Shown here: positions 1 to 9,923 of the stretch, in pieces
How the letters are laid out: the number at the start of each line of letters is the position of its first letter
Numbering within the stretch: position 1 is the first letter of the stretch
Source: Octopus bimaculoides
Lineage: Eukaryota
Direction of reading: 5' to 3'
Assembly: GCF_001194135.2 (NCBI RefSeq)
Contig: NC_068994.1
Location: forward strand, 1,504,085 to 1,547,356
DNA length: 43,272 bases
Program-made: the position numbers and the translations under genes
Notes under the pieces: generated by a model
Database searches by the model: none
Told to the model about the DNA's origin: nothing
What the model saw: only the letters and a program-made list of their open reading frames with translations

Positions 1-322
1 AGGAGCTCCCAGGGGCAACCTGTCTTGAACTCCTCTGTGATTGCCTGGAGGACTATGGTAAATAATAGGGGGCTGAGGACGGAACCTTGGTGGACCCCTA
101 CCTCTACCCGGAATTCATTGCTGTACTCATTTCCAACCCTCACCTTACTGGCCGCATCTCTGTACATGGCTCGCACAGCTCTCACTAGCCATTCTTCTAT
201 CCCAAGTTTCCTCATTGACCACCAGATAAGGGATCGGGGGACCCTGTCAAAGGCTTTCTCCATGTCAACGAAAGCCAGGTACAGAGGTTTATCCTTGGCT
301 AGGTATTTCTCTTGCAACTGTC
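1..322 (-). mobile_element. RTE-clade LINE reverse transcriptase fragment, running off the window start
   Basis: Minus-strand translation is open: VRQLQEKYLAKDKPLYLAFVDMEKAFDRVPRSLIWWSMRKLG...EFRVEVGVHQGSVLSPLLFTIVLQAITEEFKTGCPWELL. This contains the non-LTR RT motifs D.EKAFD and G..QG..LSP.LF. Confidence 0.92.
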
Positions 323-819
323 TCACTTTGCATATTTTAAAAAAGGGAAGAAGGCAGCCGGAAGATATTTGCTGTGTCTGGAGAGGATGCTGTGTATGGG
401 ATGTGTGTGCCAGAAGTAGTTTTCAAGATTTTGATTGGGAAATTTTTCAATTTAAGATGCACCTTGCTCTGAAAACTTTCAGGGAACCCTGGGTTTTTCC
501 AGAACACACTTTGCGAATCCCTGCTCCAGATAAACAACTCTACACCATGTTCTGAACATTTACTTATAACTGCACATGAGAGCTACATGGTCTTGTTTTT
601 GGGTTTTGTTATTTACTAAGACTTGTGTTTTGATGCATAGAATTGCTAATATTACTGTAATTCATTGTTTTTGTTTTTGTTTTTACTCACTTAGAGGTCA
701 CTTGGATTTCTGCTGCTGATGTGGTACTTGAGATTCTAGCTTGACTTTCAGCCCCCTCAAAATTAGTATCCATGTAACAGTTGACCCCATAAACTTGACC
801 TTAAAAAATAGTCTAAAAA

Positions 820-848
820 GTTCGACTTTTACCTGAGTGTATACGGTA
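820..848. mobile_element. Possible terminal inverted repeat end of a Tc1/mariner-pogo-type MITE
   Basis: cgacttttacctgagtgtatacgg followed by TA resembles the ...GTATATACGG-TA ends of TcMar MITEs as I recall them. No partner end was found. Confidence 0.3.
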
Positions 849-902
849 CATCTTATTTTCACTCAAAAAAGATTTGGCCTTGGCCAACCCAATTTATATA
901 TA

Positions 903-973
903 GGAGTGGCTGTGTGGTAAGTAGCTTGCTTACCAACCACATGGTTCAGGGTTCAGTCCCACTGCATGGCACC
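903..973 (+). mobile_element. Truncated tRNA-derived SINE head
   Basis: ggagtggctgtgtggtaag (A-box-like) and gggttcagtccc (B-box-like), ending abruptly in a T run. Confidence 0.65.
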
Positions 974-2419
974 TTTTTTTTATGTATTAAATACAGAAAT
1001 ATCTTGTTTAGTTTATCTCATTTTAGATTAGCAGGTCTGAGAGGAGGAGGGCTTCCCTCGTTCTTATGTTTGTTACTCTGTGAAACAGGAGTAGGGTTAT
1101 TCCTTTCATTCTCATCATCATGTACCTGTAGATTAGAGAGCAAGAGAGAAGCCTCTGCATCTGTGGTGTTTCTTGGTTGTCCCTAGCTGGAGTCTCTCCT
1201 GTATCAGGAGGCCTGCATCATTCATATTATCTCATTTCACTTTCTATTCCATGTCTCTCTCTCTCTCTCTCCATCGTTTTTGTTAATCCCCACACATATT
1301 GTTGTCCCTCCTTATGATGTCCCCTTCATCTATGCCTCTGTGGTTAAGATAAGAAATTACTATTGTTATTGATTCAAGTATTTCTTAATTTATTTTAACA
1401 ACTTCCGTTTGCTACATTTAGTTGGTTTTTAAGTTTTACACTTCTTCAGACATCCACGTCCATTTGGATTCATTTTCTCTATTTTACTATCGTTTCACTT
1501 TATTTAATCTGTTTCATAATTCTGGTTATGTTGCAGATCTGGAATTTGTATTTGTGCTTTATAATTATAAACAAGTGTCAACTTACCCTGTCAAACCTGG
1601 GCCCCTCTGTCTTACTCTTAGCCTGGACGCCTGAGCAAAAAACATATTAGCTGCACATACAGCTCAAGCGTAACGATTGCAGGCAAACTAATGAACAGAA
1701 TCACCAAAAAATTCAGGAGCCTAACAGTTATAGACCTTTTCCCTTTCAACTACCATATTTCTTCCCTCATCCCTTCACCAGTCTGATTGTCTAAATCAGT
1801 CTCATTGTCTGTGTAAGAACAGATATCATCAATAATTTCCTCAACTGCAATGAGTCTAGGCCTTGCTCAGTTACAAGATGAAATGTTGGCTTTATCACAA
1901 AATTGTTTCTTCCTTTTTTGATTAAGAAAAAAAGGAAACAACAACTATGGGGAACGCTATAAACAATAAGTCCTTAAAACCACACTTGACTACAAAGCTG
2001 TAAATGTGATCAGTTGACTAATTTTAGTATTTTATCTGCTTTTTCTGTGTGTTGTTTGTTACTGCTGTCGCAGGAATCTGGTAGGGATTCCAGTTATGCT
2101 ATTCCTGGTATACAGGAACACAGTGTTCTAGGTCTAACAAACATTCTATGTTTGGCTCCTTCTATTCCCATGCACCAACCTTATTTTTGACTCGGAATTG
2201 AATGACATTGCACATATGTGGAAACCAATATGATATCTGAAATTGGGATTTAAGTGTTTGTTGTGTTTGTATGCTTTTTGTTGTGAACTTTTTTTGTCTT
2301 GTATTCTCATTGTTTTAAGATTGTCTCTGATTGAGATTCTAGTTCCGTTAAGGGTTACACTTGTTCAAGGAATTTATCATTTATAGTTTTATTGTGTGCA
2401 CACACACACACACACACAG

Positions 2420-2810
2420 AAACACATCTCTTCTGTATTTGATCATCTGACTTCTTCCTCCAAAGAAGGAGCTGGTCTCTAACAAAGATACAAAGCTCTG
2501 TCTTTGGAATGTAGATATTGAAAACAATGTCACATTTTCAATCTGAGGCATGTCCTGCACAGTTTTACCGTTCCACCTACAGATGGTATTTGTAATGTGT
2601 GAATCGGTTGATTTCTTTTCCTGAAAATCCAAGAGTATCCAGACTCAGAGCTTTCACTTACAAAACCAAGTGATCCAATTATCATTGGTATAAATATGAA
2701 TTTATAATCCAGATATAAAAAGCTGAAGGTTTCGAAGCAGTCGTCCATAGTTACCTTCTTTCTTTTTGATTTTAAAGAGATATTCACATCAGCTGATCTC
2801 TATGATGGGG
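2420..2810 (-). mobile_element. 3' end of a restriction-like-endonuclease (RLE) non-LTR retrotransposon, decayed
   Basis: ORF 2530-2787 (ADVNISLK...LYLDYKFIFIPMIIGSLGFV...LQIPSVGGTVKLCRTCL*) resembles the C-terminal P.IIG.LG / LQ....GT.KI pattern of R2/NeSL/HERO-type ORFs. It is followed by a short tail and a microsatellite. Confidence 0.55.
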
Positions 2811-2840
2811 GTACATACTTTATGTATGTACAGTCATGTT

Positions 2841-2901
<61 letters not shown>

Positions 2902-3310
2902 CTATATAATCTCAATATTGTCTCATACCACAAGGAAATTAATCTCTTCTTCTGGTTTCGGTCCCCATCTCTTGTTTGATCCAGTTGTGGGGGTGAGGAG
3001 TGGTGGCAAAGGGATGACTTACCTTCTGTAGCTGTGGATGATGATGTCTGATCCCCTTCTGTTCCATTTAAACCACATACTCTGATACCTATTCTGATAT
3101 TTTCTACCACCAATATCTTTCATATATATACATATATAAATATGTGTATATCTATATATATATATATGCCTGGACAACTTTTCTTATGACAATATATAGA
3201 CACATATTTTAAAGCACATGCATGGATATACACTCATATACAGTGTGTATGTATGTAGAATGTTTTTATAGTTTTATCAAATACAAGTTACACAGTAACA
3301 AAATATAACT

Positions 3311-3345
<35 letters not shown>

Positions 3346-3507
3346 TTGCTTAAATTAGGCTCAAAGCCTTAAAATTAAAGAAAGTCATGATAGTGCTGCC
3401 CTCTTCAAGGGGCCTTAATGAAGTAAATGAACGAGTTCCAATGGTGAGATTGGAACCCCGATTGTAGATTTGATTTGCCAAGAATTTGCCGCCACACCAT
3501 GGCGCTC

Positions 3508-3540
<33 letters not shown>

Positions 3541-3769
3541 GATTTCTTTTGAGAGGGCACCATGTCATATTTGTAAAGGAACAAAAGTGCAGTTGATTGA
3601 AATTGTTTACCTCAGTATATAACTGGTACACCAAATATTGTAGAGGGTGGGGTGAGTTTCAAGTCAGATATTTTGTGGATGCCAAGAATTTATTTTAAAA
3701 TTCTTTTGGATACCCCAAATTACCTGAGTCATATACCTTTTCCCCCACGGCCTCAACTTGACCATCCAA

Positions 3770-3817
<48 letters not shown>

Positions 3818-4331
3818 GTTTTCTAACACAGGCACATGGCCGCACATTTGAGGGTGGGAAGAGTCGATTATAATAATGATAATAATTTCTTAGAGAGGAA
3901 CAGGGTGTGTATATTTACAGGGGTTGTGTGTGGGGAGGGGGTGAGCAGGGTCATGAGTCGGGGTGTTGCACAAGTTTTAGTCTAAAGACATCCGGTCAAG
4001 AGAAATGTCTATGAGTTATCTCCCTTATGTTAAAGTTCCACTTTCCCACAAACAGGCACACACACTATATGCTTATGATGTCTGCATGTGTGTGAGCATA
4101 TATATGTATGTATATAAGTATGTCTATAAATACATACACATATGTGTGTCTGTATATATATATGTACATACACACACACATATATATGTAGATTTATATT
4201 ATGTGCATGTATGTATAAGTGTATATATGGATACATTCTCAAATTAGAAGTTTTTTACATGTTTATAGGCTGGGGTCTATTTGAAATTTTCAAGTCAATT
4301 ATATACATACATATATCTATCTATCTATATA

Positions 4332-4373
<42 letters not shown>

Positions 4374-6100
4374 CACATATATACACACATAGATGTATAT
4401 ATATATTCACAAGGAAATATATACATTTAGTTGTGTAGAATATCCAGGTATTTGTAAAATAATTCTACATAGGTTTATGTCCGTGACATGTGTGAGTGTA
4501 TATGTGTGTGTGTGTGTGCTTCTTTGTGGAATATGTGATAGCAAGAAACGTAAGGTGGAAGAAGGAAAGAAAGGAAAGCAAGAAGGAACAAAGGAAGGAA
4601 GAGGAGGAAGAAAGAAAAAGAAAAAGAAGCCAACTGAGAGAAGTGAGGCTTAGATTGGTAATAAAGGCACTGTGTACCAGGGTATGTGGTACTTCCAGTA
4701 ATAGACACAGACAACAGAGAAGTAGTGGTGGTGGTGGTGGTGGCGGTGGAGGTGGCTGTAGACATGAGTGATAGTAGTGGCGGTGGGAGGCAAGGGTCAG
4801 AGGTTAAGTGTGTATGGGTGGGCGTGTGTGGTGGGGGTAGGGACAGGTGTGTGTGTGTGTGTGTGTATTTTAAAAACAACAGCTAAGCATAACAACCTAC
4901 CACTGTAGAGTGATAGAAAAACAGTTGAGGTGGCCATCTTCAACACTGAGACATTGGCAGTAGTAGTAGCAGCAGCAGCAGTAGTAACAGTAGTAGTAGT
5001 GGTTGTAGTAGTTGTAGTAGTAGTAGGAGGATAGAAAAGGTAGTAGTCATAGTGGTTACAGAAGTAGTAGTAGTGATTGTAGTAGAAGTAGAAGGAAAGG
5101 TAGTAGTAGTAGTGTTAGTAGTATTTCTTCAATGTCATTCCCTTTTGCAAGCATCATTACTTCTATCATCAGAATGAATATTATTATCATCATCATCATC
5201 ATCATTATTATTAATATCAAATTAATATTAGCATCATCATCATTATTATTATTATTATTATCATTATTATTATTAACACTTCCAAGTGCACACATATATT
5301 TGTTGTTGTTGGTGTTGTTGTGGTTTTTTGTTTGATAGTTCTGCCGGTGAGCAGCAGTCGGCCCACATTGAACCATGGTAGATATGAACCTCATATCGAT
5401 GACAACGCCTTTTGTCAGCAACGATGACAAACAAAACAAAAATATATAAAAAAAAAAAAAATTCAAATAATAATGATAAGAAATTAAAAAGTAAATAAAT
5501 GTTTGAAATATTATAAACAAATGTAAAAACAAAAAGTAAAAATATATAATATGGAATTTCCAACTGAAATCCTTTGAAACATTGAGTCAGATTTTGTAGA
5601 ATTCAGTAAAAAAAACGTCTTTTTGTAACATTTACTGCTTTTGTCTCAATTTGCTTTCAAATATGCGATATATATATATATGTTTGTCTATATGTATGTA
5701 TGTGTGTATATATATGTATGTACATATATATATATATATATATATATAAAAAGACGTGAGGACCTACAATTTTTACTTTCCTTATACTTCATTTATCTCT
5801 CTCTCTATATATATATATGTATGTATGTGTATATGTGTGTGTGTATTTGCATATACATGCATATATATTTACATACATATATATATGTGTGTGTGTGTTT
5901 GTGAGTTGAGGATGTCCATTGTTCTATAGATTTTGCTGTGTGTATATGTTTAGTTTCTTTTTATTTTATTTTATTTATTATCATTATTTGTTTTGGGGTC
6001 CACATATTGCTCTTCTTGTTCATATAGCAGTTAATTATTTATCCAGGGAGTTTTCTGTCTTTGTCTTTCTCTCTCTCTCACACACTTTTTCTCACTCTCT

Positions 6101-6139
<39 letters not shown>

Positions 6140-6604
6140 TACATGTGTACATATGCACACACACACACATATATATATATATGTGTGTGTGTGTATATAT
6201 ATACATGTATGCACACATATGTATATGCATAATATATATATATACATACACATATATACACACACACATATATATATGTATGTGTGTCGTCAGTGAAGTT
6301 GTGATGTCATCCTTGAATTGGTCTCTTGAAGGAGATAATGGAACAGTTTCTGTTGAAAGGGTCAGCATAACTTTATCGCTTTGGAATACGGGTTGGCAGC
6401 TGGAAATAGAAGAAAAAGGAAATATGTAAACTTAATTATGATATATCAAATAGAAACATATGTGTAATTAGCTAATTGGCTTAATCTAATTGTTGAAACC
6501 TAATGCTTTACCCCAGCCCCATTCGGATATTTTCAGACTGTGTCATTGTTTAGGAGACAAAGACCATCTTTCGTTTTGCTGAAAGATGACACAAAGAGCA
6601 ATTG

Positions 6605-6720
6605 CTTTCAAATTTTGGCACAAGCCCAGCAATTTCGGGGTGGGGGAGTAAGTCAATTATATTGACTCCAGTAATCAGCTGCTACTTAAGAACGAATGGC
6701 AAAGTCAACTTTGGTGGAAT
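6605..6720 (-). mobile_element. Partial SINE, same family as 12721-12937
   Basis: Reverse complement of the family 3' half (ttggcacaag, aatttcgggg, ggcaaagtcaac). Confidence 0.65.
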
Positions 6721-6799
6721 ACATAATCGTGTGATTTAGCCAAGAAACATTTAACACAATACACATGTTCATACAAACATTCGTAAAGAATAAAGTGTT

Positions 6800-6958
6800 T
6801 TGAATGGCACAACGATGGACTATAATAACTGTTGTGATTTAATCGTCCATAGTCTGTCGATGGACTAGTTTTTAAACATCAAATGGCTTTGGGGGTCCAC
6901 CAGAATAAATTAGTAATCAACGGAGTCCATAGATGAAAAAAATCGTTGGGAACCCCTG
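6800..6958. mobile_element. hAT-type MITE remnant, one end only
   Basis: Ends in gttgggaacccctg, the reverse complement of CAGGGGTTCCCAAC, a typical hAT TIR. Internal gatggact/gtccata subterminal repeats are present. Confidence 0.5.
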
Positions 6959-8190
6959 ATCTAAATGGTTGCCGGCTATAAGAAACTGAATAGCCAAAGG
7001 GAGATAATTCCGCCATACGAATGCAGTCAATGTAAGGAAGGTAATTAATACAAGACAATCTGGGATAATCTTTATCAAGTGGAGATAATTCATCATTAAA
7101 CCCAGTTTATTTGTTGCGGAAATAACGTCTCTCTGTTATTGCTACACATGACATTAAATATTGATGTTGTCATAGAATTAGAAATACTGAGGTTCCAGCC
7201 GTGACAATACTATATGAAATGTGCAATTCTTCAATTTAGAGTTAATTATATGGCAATAAAGAAAGTAACCTTTATGAGCAGAATGAAAGGGAGATAACCG
7301 CCGAATAACAAAAACGCCAAAATATTGGCCTCTTGTTCCTATTTATTCGCTGGTTAGTTCTAACCGGACATTCCAACCGTGACATCCCATCAGAATACAT
7401 TCACGACAAATGTCCTTCCTTTGTATAAGGTAGTATAGTATATATTGCGAAAGATAAGGTTGCACGTTCTTGTAATGCGGCCTTGCTCATTAAGGTACAA
7501 AATTTGGAAGCAGGAAGCCATATCACTATTTTAATTTACTTATCTTTCCATGGTAGATGAGAAGGTGTTCGCTTCTTTAAAATTATCCTTGTCCTGGCCA
7601 TGCTGGAACATGTATTGGTTATTTTACGATTTCTGCAAACTTCTCTACAAAGGTCGGGTCCTATCCGTTCTTTTCTCTCTATACCACGTTCTATTCCATG
7701 AACGGGTTTTCTTTGGAGATGAGTCGACCCCATATGGAAACATAAGGGCTCTCATCTTTTCACAGTACAAAGCTATTGAGTTAAAGGTTTCTTGGCCAAT
7801 GCACACCATTATTAATTAGAGAGAAATATCGTTTTTTGGCTTACAGACTTGTGTCAAAGAATCAGGAATTTAATGAGGTACAACTTGCCACGTTTTATGT
7901 TTGAACAAAGTGGGATTAAAATCTTCTTTATTGTTGTTACTAGTCTTACGGTCATCATCATCGTCATTACTATTATCATTGTTTTTGCTGTTATCTAAAC
8001 CGGGATTGCAGAAACACTACAATGTCTTTATCAGTGTTAAGAGTTATGTCCCTTTGAAGCCTTCTGATGTTGGTTGCATCAACAACCGAGATCAGGGTCG
8101 ATTCAATTAGTTACACCTTGTCTCCCACTACTAAAACGTTTCTTTAGAAATCATCATCATCATTTATTATTAATATTATTATCATTTCCT

Positions 8191-8830
8191 TTTCATTCCT
8201 GCTGAGCAGCACTCAACAGCAACCCTATTGAGTGCATGATGGAGATCCCCTTCTGATGAGTCACATAGTGCCATGTCTCCTGTGAACACCAGCTGACTGA
8301 TTCCACATCTGCTGGTCTTGATACCACTTCCAACCTAGCTATGCAAGTCAAATCCTGTCCATAAAGATTGTGAGCAGGAGAAGTGAGTGTCTAAATACTC
8401 GCAGAGAATTTATCTGAACACAAATACTTTGGGCATTCGTCTGGAGATGAAAGTCTCCATTTATCCCTATGGGGGCCTGCTTAATGTACTCTACATGTGA
8501 GTGGAGTTCCACTGCAGCAGGTGGGGAAGTTCAAGTATCTTGGGGTCATCTGCATGAATGATGGAAGACGGGAGGATGAATTAAGTGCAAGAATTGCAGG
8601 AGTTGGTGCAGTAATGGTGCCAGTTCAACATTCGGTCATCAGAAGATGGGATTTAGATGTAAAAAATCAAACTTGTTATCTTCAATTCGGTATTTGTACC
8701 TACCCTTACCTTTGGTCATGAATCTTGCGTAATGATTGAAAGACTATGATTGCATATAGAAGCAAGGTGGGGATTTCCACCCAACAAAGGGTTGTTGAAG
8801 TAGCATTAATCAATAAAGTGCATAGCTTTT
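8191..8830. mobile_element. RTE LINE remnant with an inverted 5' portion (minus 8191-~8446, plus ~8450-8830)
   Basis: Minus: SLLLLTIFMDRI...SQLVFTGDMALCDSSEGDLHHALNRVAVECCSAGMK. Plus: LHLS..PA*CTLHVSGVPLQQVGKFKYLGVICMNDGRREDELSARI. These are consecutive RT segments in opposite orientation. Confidence 0.75.
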
Positions 8831-9090
8831 GTGGCCAAGTGGTTAGGCTGTTGCACTCATAAGCACTAGATTGTGGGTTTGACTTCCTGACTGGGCAGTG
8901 TTGTGTGTTCTTGAGCGAGACACTTCATTTCTCAGTGCTCCATTCCCCTTTCTATCAGGGGGGAATGTTGATCTGCTCACCTAGCCAGCAGGGTCACATC
9001 ATTTGAAGGCTGAAACAATGCAAAAGCTCATTGTGACCAGCGATGTGTAGCATCATCTGACAGTCTGGTTGGTCACGTGGTCACATGATA
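8831..9090 (+). mobile_element. tRNA-derived SINE interrupting the RTE remnant
   Basis: A-box-like gtggccaagtgg, B-box-like gggtttgacttcc, then a ttcttgagcgagacact core-like segment. Confidence 0.65.
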
Positions 9091-9139
9091 AAGAGAAATG
9101 GTAAATGCTGAGAGAAGGGTAAACCTATAACAGAAAGTT

Positions 9140-9600
9140 CTTCAGAATCTGGTTCCTGTTCACTGGGAGATCTAATTAAGTGATTAAGGAGGTTGAGGAG
9201 AAGTTTAAGGGTTTGTCATCTGTTTGCAACAAAGAATTTTTGTATGAAAATCATGGTAGTGAGGTATGTAATGCTACATGGTGGTGAAACCTGGAATATG
9301 GCATGTGGAAGATCTGTGATATATGGAGAGACACGGGGTGTGATCTGTTGTATGTGTAATATTGTAGCTACATGGTGGTGAGAAATGTGACTGCTTTTGT
9401 AGAAATAAACTGAGAGAATGATCAAATATTCAAGCCATCAGCAGTCAGAGCGATGTCCTTGAAGATGCAGACACGTAGAGGATGAATGGTAATGAGTGTT
9501 GAGTCCTGTATTCATTCAGAGGTTGTGGCAATGAAAAACTGAGCTACACAAGAAAGGATGGTGTAGTTAAACCTCACAAATAAGACAATACAGGGTCTTG
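9140..9600 (+). mobile_element. Highly decayed RTE fragment (post-RT region)
   Basis: VRYVMLHGGETWNM resembles the RTE V...MLHGSETW motif. Many stops and frameshifts. Confidence 0.5.
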
Positions 9601-9630
9601 AAGACCAATGTGTTAATATTGAAATCGGTT

Positions 9631-9804
9631 AAAGCACAGAGCCAGTGGAATTTTTACCATGTCAGGTAAAATACGTAGCATTTTGTCTTTCTTTACTCTC
9701 TGAGTTCAAATTCCACTGGGGTCGGCTTTGTCTTTCATTCTTTCAGGATCAATAAAAGAAAAAAAATACCAGTTGAGCAGTGAGGATGATAAAATTGACT
9801 ATGC
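9631..9804 (+). mobile_element. SINE, same family as 12721-12937
   Basis: Shares ctgagttcaaattcc...ctttgtctttcat...taccagttgagca with the other copies. Confidence 0.75.
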
Positions 9805-9914
9805 TGGAAAGTATCTTGGTGTGTGTGTGTGTGTGTGTGTGTGTGTAGGTAAGAGTGGAAGTATAGTGTGAAATGTAGAGAGTGAAATTAAAAAGAAAGA
9901 GGAGAGAGAGAGAG

Positions 9915-9923
9915 ACTTACCAA
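9915..9923 (-). other. Splice donor of the protocadherin exon (TTG|GTAAGT, phase 0)
   Basis: Plus-strand acttac at 9915-9920 gives a consensus GTAAGT. The ORF beyond it runs into a (CT)n microsatellite and stops after 10 codons. Confidence 0.85.

Noticed and set aside
25-555. 176-aa plus-strand ORF
   Set aside because: It is the antisense shadow of the minus-strand RTE reverse transcriptase fragment, with no independent protein features.
2720-2800. CTGATGTG ... CGAAAC hammerhead-like motifs on the minus strand
   Set aside because: The core is broken (no GA after CUGAU, no valid stem III or stem I), and the bases are explained as coding sequence of the RLE-type LINE remnant.
3017-3110. Perfect minus-strand donor AAG|GTAAGT as a possible protocadherin exon end
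   Set aside because: There is no polypyrimidine acceptor upstream and no recognisable peptide. One such 9-mer can occur by chance in a window this size.
4005-6429. Many ORFs rich in YI/CV/HT or poly-L, poly-I and poly-N runs
   Set aside because: They are translations of (TA)n, (CA)n and triplet microsatellites. The same applies to similar ORFs at 24-26 kb, 35 kb and 39.6-43.2 kb.
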